Below, piece by piece: positions 26,699-37,577 of a stretch of 64,000 nucleotides of DNA. The DNA lies in contig CAWHWM010000004.1 of the NCBI GenBank assembly GCA_963833055.1, forward strand, positions 253,460-317,459. Reading direction: 5' to 3'. How positions within the stretch are numbered: position 1 is the stretch's first letter; each line of letters begins with the position of its first letter. This stretch comes from Candidatus Dormiibacterota bacterium. Lineage in GTDB: Bacteria; Chloroflexota; Dormibacteria; Aeolococcales; Aeolococcaceae. The position numbers were made by a program, and so were the translations under genes. The notes beneath the pieces are model-generated. The model saw nothing but the letters and a program-made list of their open reading frames with translations. It ran no database searches and had not been told where the DNA came from.

Positions 26699-28963
26699 TC
26701 AGCGTGGTGACGTTGTCTGCAATGGTGGCGCGGGCGCAACCGGGCCTGGAGCGGTGGGTGCAACCGGGTCTCCCTGCTTCCAGAGGCCGGACGGCCACCA
26801 GTTGACGCGTCCGAGCAGGACGACGATGGCCGGCACAAGGATGGTGCGAACCACAAACGTGTCCATCACCACGCCGAACGCGACGCCGTAGCCGATCTGC
26901 TGAATCTGCGATCCGCCCGACGCGCCGCCGCCGGCGAACGCGAGGACGGCGAAGGTGCCGCCGAGGATCAGCCCTGCGGTGGTCACCGTGGTGCCGGTCG
27001 CGCCGATCGCTTTGCGCACCGCCTCGCGTGTCGGCAAATGATGGGACTCCTCCCGTATTCGTGTCATCACGAGCACGTTGTAGTCAGACCCCAGCGCCAT
27101 GAGGAAGACGAACATCAGGAACGGCAGGACGAAGTTGATGCCGTCCTGGCCGCCGAAGTGCACGAAGATCAACGCGGTGAGTCCCAGCGCAGCGAGGTAT
27201 GAGAGCAGCACGCTCGTCACGAGGTAGAGCGGTGCCACGAGGCTGCGCATGACGATCGCGAGCAGGATGGCGATGAGCACCGCGACCACCGGGATGATGT
27301 GCCAGAGATCCGACGAGGAAAGCTGATCCACGTCGTACGCGAAGGGCTGGATCCCGAAGACGCCCTGTGCCTCGGCGCTGACGCTCGCCCCGGCATGGTC
27401 AACGAGCGTGCGCAGCGCGGGGACTTCGCTGATCGGCGTTGCGGCACCGCCTGGTTCCACGCCGATGTACTGCACGGTGCGTCCGTCGGCGCTCACGAAT
27501 CGGGCGAGTGCCTCTGCCGCCAGCGTGTTACCGCCGTTGTGAATGGCGACCAGCTGCTCGGGCGTGAGCGCCTGCCCGGAGAAGGCGAGCGGTCCCTCGA
27601 CGGTCGCGAATCCGCCCTTTTCCTGGAGCGTCGTCTGCAGCGTCTGGAGATCGTCCGCGTGCGACCAGATCGGCGTCGCGAATTTGAAGAGGAACTCGGT
27701 GGCGTTGAGGTTGGCGCTGCCGTAGTGCTGCGAGATCAGCGCGTCGCCGGCGGCGGAGTTGGTTCCTGTCGGCGCAGACATGTCGGCGAACCCGGCGGTC
27801 GTCGTGCCGATCTGTCCGAGCGCGATCGCGCCGAAGATGATCGCTCCCACGATTGCCACCGGCATCGGACGGCGAACCACCACGGCGGCGATGCGGCCAT
27901 AGATGTTCGCGCGCGGATTCTCATCGAGGCGAGCGCGCGATGGCCAGAACACGGCGCGACCGAAGATCGCGAGCAGCGCCGGCAGCAGCGTGAGTCCTGC
28001 CATGAGCATCAGCGCGATGCCGATCGCGAGCGCCGGCCCGAGCGCCTGATAGAAGTCGAACTGCGCGATGATCAGCGACATCAGCGCGGCCATGACGATG
28101 AGCGCGCTGAAGGTGATCGACTCGCCCACGGTCGCCACCGCACGCCGGACTGCGTCCTTCGGATCGAGTCCGCGCCGCAGCTCCTCGCGCGTTCGGAAGA
28201 CGAGGAAGAGCCCGTAGTCGGTGCCGGCGCCGAGCACGAGCACGATGAGGATGAATTGCGTGATCGCCGATACCTGCACCCCGAGATGGGTGGCGCCGGC
28301 GATGACAGGGCTGGCCAGTGCGAGCACGAGCGCAGCAGGGAGGAGCGTCACCAGCGGCGCGAGCAACGCGCGGAACGCGATGAGCAGCAGCACGATGATG
28401 AAGAGCAGCGAGAACTTCTGCACGTCCCCCTGCGAGCTCTTCGACTGACTCTGCTGATCGACGAACCCGGGGATCGTTCCGGTCAGGTGGAACTGCAAAC
28501 CCGATGCGTCACTGGGAAAGGTCGCTCGGATCGCGGCGACGAGCGAGATCGCGTCGCTGCCGGCGCTGAACGGCGGAAGGTCGGTGACCACCTGCGCCTG
28601 TTCCGCGTGCTTGTCCGGCGAGAGCCCGAAGTCCTGGATGCGAAGCACCCCGGAGAGCCCGCGGATGCGCGTCTCGATGGTGGTGATCTCCTGGATGTCC
28701 GACGCTGTGAGGACGGCGTTCTCGCGAGCCGCGATCAGCGTCGCGACGCCGTGCTGCGAGTCCTGGAACGGCTGGGCGAGATCCTCTGCCTGCACCGATG
28801 GCGAGTTGGCCGGCAGGAAGCTGCTCTGCGAGTCCTTGGCAACATCCGAGAGTCCCGGGAACGCCTTGACCGACACGATCGTGATGAGCACCCATCCGAC
28901 GACGATCACCCAGCGGAAGCGAACAGAGAAGTCCCCGATTGAGCTGAAGATGCGGCTGGTCAT
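26699..28963 (-). CDS. MMPL (RND superfamily) transporter
   Basis: GAGTDYGLFL and ALGSDYNVLVMTRIREE in two 6-TM repeats. Confidence 0.93.
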   Translation of the reverse strand: MTSRIFSSIGDFSVRFRWVIVVGWVLITIVSVKAFPGLSDVAKDSQSSFLPANSPSVQAEDLAQPFQDSQHGVATLIAARENAVLTASDIQEITTIETRIRGLSGVLRIQDFGLSPDKHAEQAQVVTDLPPFSAGSDAISLVAAIRATFPSDASGLQFHLTGTIPGFVDQQSQSKSSQGDVQKFSLLFIIVLLLIAFRALLAPLVTLLPAALVLALASPVIAGATHLGVQVSAITQFILIVLVLGAGTDYGLFLVFRTREELRRGLDPKDAVRRAVATVGESITFSALIVMAALMSLIIAQFDFYQALGPALAIGIALMLMAGLTLLPALLAIFGRAVFWPSRARLDENPRANIYGRIAAVVVRRPMPVAIVGAIIFGAIALGQIGTTTAGFADMSAPTGTNSAAGDALISQHYGSANLNATEFLFKFATPIWSHADDLQTLQTTLQEKGGFATVEGPLAFSGQALTPEQLVAIHNGGNTLAAEALARFVSADGRTVQYIGVEPGGAATPISEVPALRTLVDHAGASVSAEAQGVFGIQPFAYDVDQLSSSDLWHIIPVVAVLIAILLAIVMRSLVAPLYLVTSVLLSYLAALGLTALIFVHFGGQDGINFVLPFLMFVFLMALGSDYNVLVMTRIREESHHLPTREAVRKAIGATGTTVTTAGLILGGTFAVLAFAGGGASGGSQIQQIGYGVAFGVVMDTFVVRTILVPAIVVLLGRVNWWPSGLWKQGDPVAPTAPGPVAPAPPLQTTSPR

Positions 28964-29078
28964 GCGCTCGCCCGCCGTGTGCGGCGGGACGCAGCCTCAG
29001 GGCGCGCAGGGGCGAAGAGTTCCTTCATGCCCCGGATAGTACACGCCGTGAAGCTTTTTGCGACGTGTTGCGTTGAAA

Positions 29079-30482
29079 TCAGGAGTTGAAGCCGAGTCCG
29101 GCGAGATCGAGGGCCTTGAGCCAGAGGTTGCGGGCTCCCTCATGGCGGTCGGCACGATCCAGGGACCACCGGGTCAGCTGGACCACGCCATAGCGAAGCG
29201 GTTCCGGCGGAAAGGGCAGGGGGCGCGTTCGAACCATGCGGAGCGCCGTCCGCTCCGTCCGCCGGCCTTCGAGCAGGTCGAGCATCACCTGCGCGCCGAA
29301 CCGTGAGGCCCCGACGCCCAGCCCCGTGTAGCCGAGCGCCGATGCGACGCGCCCACCATGGCTGGTCTCCCAGAACGCGCAGAAGCGGCTGCAGGTGTCG
29401 ATCGCGCCGCCCCATCGATGCGTGAACCGGACCCCTTCGAGTTGCGGAAAGGTGGCGAAGAAGTGCTCGGCGAGCTTGTCGAACGTCTGCGCGCGCTGTT
29501 CGAGCTCGACGTCGATGCGATTGCCGAAGTGATAGATGGCGTCGTACCCGCCCCAGAGCATTCGCAAGTTGGCCGTGAGGCGGTAATAGTGGAACTGGTT
29601 GCCGCTGTCACCGATGCCCTGACGGTCTGCCCACCCGATTGACGCCAGCTGCGACATGGAGAGCGGCTCGGTGACGAGGACGTAGTCGTACACCGGCAGG
29701 ATGAAGGGCCGGAGGCGGCGGAGCAATGGCCGGTCGGCATTGGTGGCGAGTGCGACACGCCGCGCAGAGACACCTCCACGTGCCGTCGTGAGATGGATCC
29801 GTTCGTCACCGGCGACGAGCCGTGTGACCGCGGTGTTGTCGTGGAGTCGCACACCTGCGTCGATGCAGGCGCTGCGCAGGCCCCACGCCAGTCTCGCCGG
29901 ATTCACGATCGCGGTTCGGTCATGGGTCCAGAGCCCGCCGTGATATGTGGGTGACGCGACCTGCGCACGCATCGCGTCCTGATCGAGCGTGTCAACGCGA
30001 TATCCCCGGGCCCGCATGACGTCCGCGACCTCGACCAGCTCGCTGTACTGCCATGGGGCCGTCGCCACGTCCACCATGCCGGTGCGCTCGAAGTTGCAGT
30101 CGATGCCGTGTGTCCGCACCGTCGACTCGATGGCGTCGAGGTTCTCGACCCCCATACGTTCGAGGGTGTCGAGCTCATCCGGAAACCGGCTGAGCCCGTT
30201 GGCGAATCCGTGCGTGAGGCTCGCGTCACAGAAGCCGCCGTTGCGGCCGGACGCTGCGGCGGCGGAACGCCTGGCCTCGAGGATGACGATGTCGAGCGCG
30301 GGGTTGCGTTGGTGAGCGAGCAGCGCCGTCCACAAGCCGGTGAAACCACCGCCCACGATGGCGAGGTCGCAGTCGGTGTGCCCGTCCAGCGCCGGCGCCG
30401 CCTCCGGCGCGTCCGGATCGTCGAGCCAGAACACCGATGGCGCGGCGTCACGAAGCGACAGATGACGAGGCTCCTGCGGCAC
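29079..30482 (-). CDS. FAD-dependent oxidoreductase, DAO/PuuB-like
   Basis: VGGGFTGL, ASGRNGG, HRWGG, GYTGLGVG. Confidence 0.9.
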   Translation of the reverse strand: MPQEPRHLSLRDAAPSVFWLDDPDAPEAAPALDGHTDCDLAIVGGGFTGLWTALLAHQRNPALDIVILEARRSAAAASGRNGGFCDASLTHGFANGLSRFPDELDTLERMGVENLDAIESTVRTHGIDCNFERTGMVDVATAPWQYSELVEVADVMRARGYRVDTLDQDAMRAQVASPTYHGGLWTHDRTAIVNPARLAWGLRSACIDAGVRLHDNTAVTRLVAGDERIHLTTARGGVSARRVALATNADRPLLRRLRPFILPVYDYVLVTEPLSMSQLASIGWADRQGIGDSGNQFHYYRLTANLRMLWGGYDAIYHFGNRIDVELEQRAQTFDKLAEHFFATFPQLEGVRFTHRWGGAIDTCSRFCAFWETSHGGRVASALGYTGLGVGASRFGAQVMLDLLEGRRTERTALRMVRTRPLPFPPEPLRYGVVQLTRWSLDRADRHEGARNLWLKALDLAGLGFNS

Positions 30483-30491
30483 TGCGGGCGC

Positions 30492-32004
30492 CTAACTGTT
30501 CGCGGCGGCGAGCGCTGTGTTCTTGACCATGATCACGGCGAGACCGTCGTCATAGACCTTGGTCCACTGCGGGTCGACCTCGAGCGCGAGCACCTCCGGG
30601 GCGTTGGGGACGTCGACGACATAGTTGATGCCCCACTCCGCAAAGATGTGCTGCCAGTCCGCGTTGCCGGTCTCGACGTCGCTCACCTCCTGCATGATCT
30701 TGTTGCCGAGGAGCGTTGCCTCGCCGAACGAGAAGACGCGACGGTTGGGATCGGGGTAGAAGCGATAGATCAGGTAGCCGCCCCAGCCGTACTGGTTGAA
30801 CATGCGCGTCCCCACGTTCGGGTGTGCTGCGAGCCAGTTCGACGCGCCGACCGGGAAGTTCGCCGCAGTCGCCCGGTCCTGATGCGCCAGTGTGGAGTGC
30901 ACGAAATACCCGGTGCCCGCGACAGCGATGACGAGCACGGCGGCAGCGCCGGCGAGCATCGCCCGGGCGCGCGGTGCCACCCAGGCGCGGACACGCCCTG
31001 ACACGTCGGTCATGCGCTCCCATCCTGCCGAGAACGACCATATGAGCAAAGGTGTTTCCGCCGCGACGAAGAGGATGGAGTGGCGCACCGCGGAGAGTGC
31101 CAGGTACGTCACCGCGAGTGTCAGACAGACGTCCCACAGCGATGGACGCCGGAGCATGAATGCGATGGGCAGCATCAGGAGCATCAGCTCGAAGCCGCGC
31201 TCCTCGAGGACGTGAAAGTTCGGTGACTGCCATTCGGCGATGAAGTTCTGCTGCACTGACGAGAACTGCGGTTGGATGACATATCCGTACAGGTGAATAC
31301 CGTTCGGGATTGATCACCGCAGCGACGATGCATCCGATGAAGATGAGGATCAGGTTTCGCACGCGGCGCTTGTGCTCGTCTCCGTCGACGCGCCGCACCC
31401 AGTGCACGAGCTCGACAAAGCCGGCGACGCCCACCGGCACGAGCCCGAAGAGAAATCCGCCATGCAGGTTCGCCCAGGCGATCATCACCAGCGGGAGGAA
31501 GTAGATCGCGCGTGACTTGCCGCGAAGGTAGCGGTCGAGCCAGAGCACCTCGAGGCAGGTGAACGTGAACGTGATCATCTGCGGGCGCGGCCCCCAGACC
31601 TCCGCACCGCCGAGACCCGCGACGCCGATGACGATCGAGGCGATGACGAGGTTGGCGCGCTCGAGCTTGACGCGCGTCCAGATGAGCAGGAAGCCGACGA
31701 AGGTCAAGGCGCCGAACGCGATGGACACGAGCGTGAGCCCGCCGACCTTGTAGACCAGGTAGGCGATGATCTCGGTGGTGTACTCGGGGTCGATCCACCG
31801 GGCGCCGGAGACGGTGAAGGTGAAGAGATCCTTGGAGACAACCTGGTGGTGGTCCACCATCCACTGGCCCGTGACGAGGTGCCAGAAGATGTCCGGGTCA
31901 CCGCCCCGCCGGATGATGACGCAGAGGATCACGACGAACGCGCCAACCACCAGCAGCTGTCCGGGCGTGATGCGACGGAGGCGACTACGTGCTGCCGACA
32001 TCAC
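30492..32004 (-). CDS. GT-C-like polytopic membrane protein, +1 frameshift near 31308
   Basis: GDPDIFWHLVTGQW, RPQMIT, WANLHGGF, INP(N)G, then FNQYGWGGYL in the second frame. Confidence 0.75.
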
Positions 32005-32129
32005 CGGGAAGGGTACTCAGTGCCGTGCTTGGCGCGACCGGGTCGCACGGGTGTCACAAATCGGGGCACGGCGGTGCTTCTCCTGATGTGGTCGAGTCCC
32101 CCGCCCTTCGAGCTCTCGGTGCCGGCACC

Positions 32130-32660
32130 GTGAACGACCTCCCGCGTTCAGCGGCCGCCGCCGGCGTCGCGCCGACGAGCTTCGACCGATTGTTCGATGA
32201 GGAATACGCGAGGATCGCAGCGATCGCGCGGCGAGTGCTCGGCGATCCGGACGCCGCGGAGGACGTCGCCCAGGAGGTCTTTCTCGACCTCCACCGCCGC
32301 TTCGGTGACAACCCTGGCGCTCAGGCGTCCGCCTGGGCGCGAACGGCAGCCGTCCACACGGCACTGAACGTGATCCGGGCCAACCGCCGTCGCACGGTGC
32401 GTGAGGAGCTCTACGCCCCCGGACCGGGGACGGTGAACGATCCGCAGTCGGCGGTGGAGACCGCCGAGACCAGCCGGGTCGTGCGCTCGGCGCTTGCCCG
32501 TATCCCGAAGCGCATGGCGACGGTGCTCGTTCTCCGCTACAGCGGCCTCAGCTACGCGGAGATGGCGTCGGCGCTCGGCATCGGCGTGAACGGGGTGGGA
32601 ACAAGACTGCGGCGCGCAGAGGCGCGCCTTCGTAAGGAGATTGGTGATGCATCCATCTGA
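32130..32660 (+). CDS. ECF RNA polymerase sigma factor
   Basis: AEDVAQEVF (region 2) and GLSYAEMASALGIGVNGVGTRLRRA (region 4). Confidence 0.92.
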   Translation: MNDLPRSAAAAGVAPTSFDRLFDEEYARIAAIARRVLGDPDAAEDVAQEVFLDLHRRFGDNPGAQASAWARTAAVHTALNVIRANRRRTVREELYAPGPGTVNDPQSAVETAETSRVVRSALARIPKRMATVLVLRYSGLSYAEMASALGIGVNGVGTRLRRAEARLRKEIGDASI

Positions 32661-33768
32661 CGGAATCCTTCGGCGCTCACTCGACGAGCCGGTTGCGATC
32701 GATCCGGCGAACCGGGCCCACATGGCGACCTGCCCGAGGTGCACCGATCGAATCAGGCGCATCAGCGCTGACGCCGGCGCATTGCAGGCGATGCTGCATT
32801 CGCCGAGTGTCAGTGTCGACGTGGACGCCGCCCGCGCGCGCCTGGCTCGAACCGAGGCGGCGTCGCTCGGCGCTGTGGCCGCGCACCGGACGGCGAATAC
32901 GCCGCGGCCGCGGATGGCACGCGCCAACCGCCTGATCGCGGGCGTCGGCATCGCGGCTGCTGCGACGGTGGTGCTCGTTGTCTCCGGGGGCGCCCAGGAC
33001 TTCCTGAGCCTGTTCCAACCGTCGCAACTCGCAGCGGTCCCTGTCACCGCATCGGATGTGCGGTCGCTCGCCGGGCTCGCGACCTATGGGACGGTGACCG
33101 GCGGGTCGTCGATCACGTTCGAGCCTGAGCCGGATGCTGCCGCTGCGGGATCCGCTGCCGCGCTCGCCGCCCCCGTCGTCGGTCATCTCCCAGCGGGGAC
33201 ACAGACCGAACCGCGGTATGCGGAGGTGTCGGGGGGCGTCGTCACCTTCACCTTCAGCAAGGCGCTTGCGGAGGAAGCGGCCGCACGAGCAGGGGGACGT
33301 CTGCCCGCGATGCCGGACGGTCTCGACGGCAGCACGCTCTCGGTGATGATCGCGCCGGCCGTGGTTGTCTCCTACGGTGTCAATCCGGCGAACTTTCTCC
33401 AGGGCGGCACCAGCCTCCCCTCGGGCCAGGCGTTCATCGTCGTGAAGACGCGCACGCCGACCGTCACCTCGACCGGCGTCACGGTGGAGCAGCTCGAGCA
33501 GTACCTGCTCTCCGTTCCCGGCATTCCGGCGGGCGTCGCGTCGGAGATTCGCGCCCTCGGCGATCCCACGCAGACCATCCCGGTGCCGATCCCCGTCGAT
33601 CTCGCCAGCGGTTCGCCGGTCAGCATCAATGGGGCGTCGGGCCTGCTCATCGGTGATTCGACCGGGTTGGGGAGTGCCGTGATCTGGCAACACAATGGGC
33701 TCGTGTACGCCGTCGCCGGAACCCTCACATCGAATGAGGCGCTCAGCGTCGCCCGTTCCACCCATTGA
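32647..33768 (+). CDS. Zinc-binding (ZAS) membrane anti-sigma factor with an extracytoplasmic domain
   Basis: HMATCPRC (HxxxCxxC), one TM, soluble C-terminal domain; overlaps the sigma stop. Confidence 0.85.
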   Translation: MHPSDGILRRSLDEPVAIDPANRAHMATCPRCTDRIRRISADAGALQAMLHSPSVSVDVDAARARLARTEAASLGAVAAHRTANTPRPRMARANRLIAGVGIAAAATVVLVVSGGAQDFLSLFQPSQLAAVPVTASDVRSLAGLATYGTVTGGSSITFEPEPDAAAAGSAAALAAPVVGHLPAGTQTEPRYAEVSGGVVTFTFSKALAEEAAARAGGRLPAMPDGLDGSTLSVMIAPAVVVSYGVNPANFLQGGTSLPSGQAFIVVKTRTPTVTSTGVTVEQLEQYLLSVPGIPAGVASEIRALGDPTQTIPVPIPVDLASGSPVSINGASGLLIGDSTGLGSAVIWQHNGLVYAVAGTLTSNEALSVARSTH

Positions 33769-34721
33769 CGGTCCAGGCCACGCTTCCGCCCGCTTCGTCG
33801 GAAGACAGCGCTGCTGTGCGCACGCTGGAGCTGACCAAGCACTACGGCGATGCCGTCGCGCTGTCCGGGCTGACGATGGTGGTGCCCCGCGGTGAGGTGT
33901 TCGGATTCCTGGGACCGAACGGCAGTGGCAAGACCACGGCGGTCAAGCTCCTGCTGGGTCTGAGCCGACCAACCGGCGGCGAAGCGTGGGTGCTCGGGAG
34001 ACCGGCGGGGCACAGGGACACTCGACGGCACGTCGGATATCTCCCCGAACTCTTTCGCTATCAGGGCTGGCTGAGCGCCGCGGAGGTGCTCGGGCTGCAC
34101 TGCCGGCTCGCGGGAGTCGAGCGATCCGCCTGGCCGGCGCAGATCGCAGGGGCGCTCTCGACGGTGGGGCTCAGCGGTCACGAGAACGCCCGGGTGGAGA
34201 CGTTCTCCAAAGGCATGCAACAGCGGCTGGGCCTCGGTGTCGCGCTCCTCGGAACGCCGGAGCTGGTGATCCTTGATGAGCCGACGTCGGCGCTCGACCC
34301 GGTTGGCCGGGCTGACACCCGCGCGATCATCCGCCACCTCCGGGATCGGGGCTGCGCGGTGTTTCTCAACTCGCACCTCCTTGGCGAGGTGGAGCAGATC
34401 TGCGATCGCGCGGCGGTTGTGTCTGACGGCCGCGTCCTCGCGATCGGCCGTCTGGACGAGCTGCTCGGCACCGGTGGAGTACGGCTACGGCTCACCGGCA
34501 TGAACGACGCCGGCGGCGCCGCGCTCGCGCGCCGCGGGCGGGTGGCCGAGCACGACGGGTGGTTCGCGGTGGACGGCGTCACCACGGACGCGGTCCCCGA
34601 CCTGGTCGCGGAGATCGTGGCGACAGGGGCGAGGGTCTACGCCGTCGAGCCGGTTCGGCAGACGCTCGAGGAGCGGTTCCTCAGCCTCCTTGAAACGGAG
34701 CGGGCGCGATGGCAGCGCTGA
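33765..34721 (+). CDS. ABC transporter ATP-binding protein
   Basis: GPNGSGKTT, FSKGMQQR, ILDEPTSALDP, NSH. Confidence 0.93.
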   Translation: MTVQATLPPASSEDSAAVRTLELTKHYGDAVALSGLTMVVPRGEVFGFLGPNGSGKTTAVKLLLGLSRPTGGEAWVLGRPAGHRDTRRHVGYLPELFRYQGWLSAAEVLGLHCRLAGVERSAWPAQIAGALSTVGLSGHENARVETFSKGMQQRLGLGVALLGTPELVILDEPTSALDPVGRADTRAIIRHLRDRGCAVFLNSHLLGEVEQICDRAAVVSDGRVLAIGRLDELLGTGGVRLRLTGMNDAGGAALARRGRVAEHDGWFAVDGVTTDAVPDLVAEIVATGARVYAVEPVRQTLEERFLSLLETERARWQR

Positions 34722-35567
34722 CGATCGCCCGGCTCACCGTGCGCGAGGCCGCCCGCCGAAAGTTGTTGCTGGCGCTCGCGGTGCTCACCGTGATCGTCAT
34801 CGGGCTGACCGGCTGGGGATTCCAGCACCTGACCACGCTCACGAACCCGGACGGCACCCCGCTGGCCGGCGATGAGACACGGCTCGCCACCTCGCAGGTG
34901 CTCGTGCTCGTCGAGTTCATGTTCAGTGGCGTGCTGGCACTGAGCGCCGTGGTCGTCGCCTCACCGGCGATCTCGAGCGAGCTCGAGTTCGGGCGTGGCG
35001 CTCTCGATCCTTGCGCGGCCGGTCAGCCGGTATCAGGTGGTCCTCGGCAAGTGGCTCGGCCTCGCGCTCCTCATCGCCGTCTACGTCATCGCCACGACGA
35101 CGCTGGAACTCGTCGTTGTCGATATCACGACGGGCTATGTGCCGCCGGGGCCGATTGGCCTCGCGGCGTATCTGATCGGGGAGGGCATCGTGGTGATGTC
35201 GCTGGCGCTCCTCATCAGCACGCGACTCTCGGGCATGACCGCCGGTGTGATCAGCCTGGTGCTGTTCTTCGTCGCCTGGATCGGCGGCATCGCCGGCGCG
35301 ATCGGTGAGGTGTTCAGCAGCAGCGCGATCAGCAACGCGGGCACGATCACGCAGCTGTTGCTGCCCACCGATGCGCTCTGGCGTGGCTCGGTCTACGAGC
35401 TCGAACCTGCGCTCTACCGAGACGTGCTCGGTGCAACGACGGAGCGCGCCGGCAACCCGTTCTTCGTCCAGTCACCGCCATCGCTGCTCTTCCTCACGTG
35501 GAGCGTGTGCTGGGTGGTGCTGATCGTCGCGCTCACGGTCTGGAGCCTCCACCGGCGCGAGGTCTGA
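34709..35567 (+). CDS. ABC-2 permease, +1 frameshift near 34988
   Basis: IARLTVREAARRK...ISSELE then GVALSILARPVSRYQVVLGKWLG in the second frame. Confidence 0.85.
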
Positions 35568-35685
35568 CGCACAGCGACTTCCCATCCGGCGCACATACGC
35601 TTGACAGCACTGGTACACGCGGACGATAGTGCGGTTCGCTCACAAAGAGAGCATCCCGTGCATCGATTGCAGAGGAGGGCTGTCC

Positions 35686-37422
35686 ATGGCAGAGAGACCA
35701 GAAGCAATCAACCCGATGGGCCGAGGGCGTCCCACGGTGAGGCGGCGTTCACGACTTGTCGGCATCGGGATGACCCTGGGTTTGAGCGCGGTGCTCTTCG
35801 GGGTCAGCGCCAACACTTCCGTGCAAGCGTCAACCAAAGTTGGGCCGCTGGCACCCGCCAAGACGGGCGAGCTCGACTGCAACGCCTTCAGCCCGGTGCA
35901 GCAGTCCGTGCGGCCGATGACGTGCACGGACATCAAGGGGATTCTCGGAGTCGACAACCAGAACACGTGGGGCGGCAAGTTCTACGACAACGGCCACTAC
36001 ATCGGTCACGACGAACCGGATGCGACGTTCGAGTCCTCGAAGCCTGGCTCCGGGAACGACGTCACCTGGGATGAGACCCTCGGATCCGATCCCAGCGCCG
36101 CTCCAACCGACGCCACGCCCGGAAGCGACGTCTCGCACTGGTTCGAGCTGACGCCGGCGCCCTGGCTTTCCATGGCGCTGTGCGACCCGAACTCGTACCC
36201 CGAGGCGCCGTGCAAGCCGAACTCCGACTCGAACGCACCGAGTGCCACCTCGAACGGCGGCGGCTCGACATTCATGGAGATGCAGCTCTACCCGCCGGGC
36301 GAGCCGCCCTTCGTGGACAGCTCGGGCTGCGACACCACGCACTGGTGTGCCGCGCTCACCATCGACAGCCTCGAGTGCACCGAAGGGTTCGCGACGTGCA
36401 ACGCGAACTGCGAGGAGCCGGTGAACTTCGCGTTCATCCAGAACAACGGTGTGCCGACCGGCGCGCCGAGCCCGCAGGACGCGAACACCGCTACCTTCAC
36501 GCCCAACTCGCACACACTGCTCATGAACCCGGGCGACCAGGTGACGATCCACATGTCGGATCAGCCGGCGCCGGGCGGAGGGAAAGCGTTCGAAGTGGTG
36601 GTTGACGACCTGACGCAGCACACCAGTGGCTGGATGCAGGCGTCAGCGGCGAACGGTTTTGCGAATACCTCCCCGGCCAACTGCAGCGGCACGCCGTTCA
36701 ACTTCCAGCCCGAGTTCAACACCGCGAAGCCGGGCAACATCATTCCGTGGGCGGCGATCCAGACGGACGTGAGCACCGAGTTCGAGACCGGCCACTGGGA
36801 GTCGTGCACAAGTCTGACCAAGCCGGTCAACCCGAATCCGTTCAACTCCGGGGACACAGGTGGCGACTGGAACGAATGCCACGGGCCCTACGAACACAAT
36901 GACGGTGGCGAGGGCGCGGAGCTCGGCGAAGCCGAGTGCTACAAGGCCGGTGACACACATCCTGGATATGACGGTCCAGGGACGTCGACTGCACCCGATC
37001 AGGCAACGGGTTGCCAGGACAACGTGTACCAGAACGGCGACCTCGACTTCGACGGGAGCCCGTACTGGCCGGAGTGGCCGACGGGCACGACCGCAGGGAC
37101 GTATCCATCAGCCTTCGTCGACTGGTTCCCGACGACTGGTGGCGCGCAGTACTCGCGGTTCTTCTTCCAGACGGACATCGCGCTGAGCGAGTCCACCTGC
37201 ACGTCCACCACGCTCAGTGGCTGCACGGTGCCGCCGAAAGGTCCGGGCAACTTCTACCCGTACTGGAGCGAGACCAAGGTGAACGGACAGTGCGTCTTCG
37301 AGTTCGGCAACGTCTCGTCCAAGGTGACGACGTTCGGCAAGGACTCCGAATACGGCAAGAACCAGTTCAAGACACTCGGGTATCCCGAGTTCATCGGCAA
37401 GAGCCACAGCACGTCCTGCTGA
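35686..37422 (+). CDS. Secreted Cys-rich protein of unknown function, 578 aa
   Basis: GAGGAGG RBS; Arg-rich N-region plus hydrophobic stretch; 18 Cys; many Asp/Gly/Pro/Trp residues. Confidence 0.85.
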   Translation: MAERPEAINPMGRGRPTVRRRSRLVGIGMTLGLSAVLFGVSANTSVQASTKVGPLAPAKTGELDCNAFSPVQQSVRPMTCTDIKGILGVDNQNTWGGKFYDNGHYIGHDEPDATFESSKPGSGNDVTWDETLGSDPSAAPTDATPGSDVSHWFELTPAPWLSMALCDPNSYPEAPCKPNSDSNAPSATSNGGGSTFMEMQLYPPGEPPFVDSSGCDTTHWCAALTIDSLECTEGFATCNANCEEPVNFAFIQNNGVPTGAPSPQDANTATFTPNSHTLLMNPGDQVTIHMSDQPAPGGGKAFEVVVDDLTQHTSGWMQASAANGFANTSPANCSGTPFNFQPEFNTAKPGNIIPWAAIQTDVSTEFETGHWESCTSLTKPVNPNPFNSGDTGGDWNECHGPYEHNDGGEGAELGEAECYKAGDTHPGYDGPGTSTAPDQATGCQDNVYQNGDLDFDGSPYWPEWPTGTTAGTYPSAFVDWFPTTGGAQYSRFFFQTDIALSESTCTSTTLSGCTVPPKGPGNFYPYWSETKVNGQCVFEFGNVSSKVTTFGKDSEYGKNQFKTLGYPEFIGKSHSTSC

Positions 37423-37440
37423 CCGGCTGAACACCGACAC

Positions 37441-37492
37441 CCGAAACAGCTGCCGGCTGGGCAAAGCGCTCAGCCGGCAGCGCTGTGTTCGG
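37441..37492 (+). terminator. Hairpin downstream of the Cys-rich protein
   Basis: GCTGCCGGCTGGGC pairs with GCTCAGCCGGCAGC, with outer CCGAA/TTCGG. Confidence 0.6.
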
Positions 37493-37577
37493 AGAGGCGC
37501 CGGCCCTTTCGCACGCCGGCGCGAGTTGGCTATCCTGCGTCGGCGCGGGCGATCGTGCCGGAGGCAGGGGGAAAGCT

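Noticed and set aside
12616-28942. Long alternative-frame or antisense ORFs (for example 12616-14880, 16904-18265, 17494-19149, 27299-28942)
   Set aside because: Arg/Ala/Pro-rich shadow frames of well-supported genes; expected in high-GC DNA and without motifs.
11953-32057. Shared GGTGTCAC at 11953 and 32050 as an ECF regulon motif
   Set aside because: The same 8-mer occurs several times inside coding regions, so the match is not informative.
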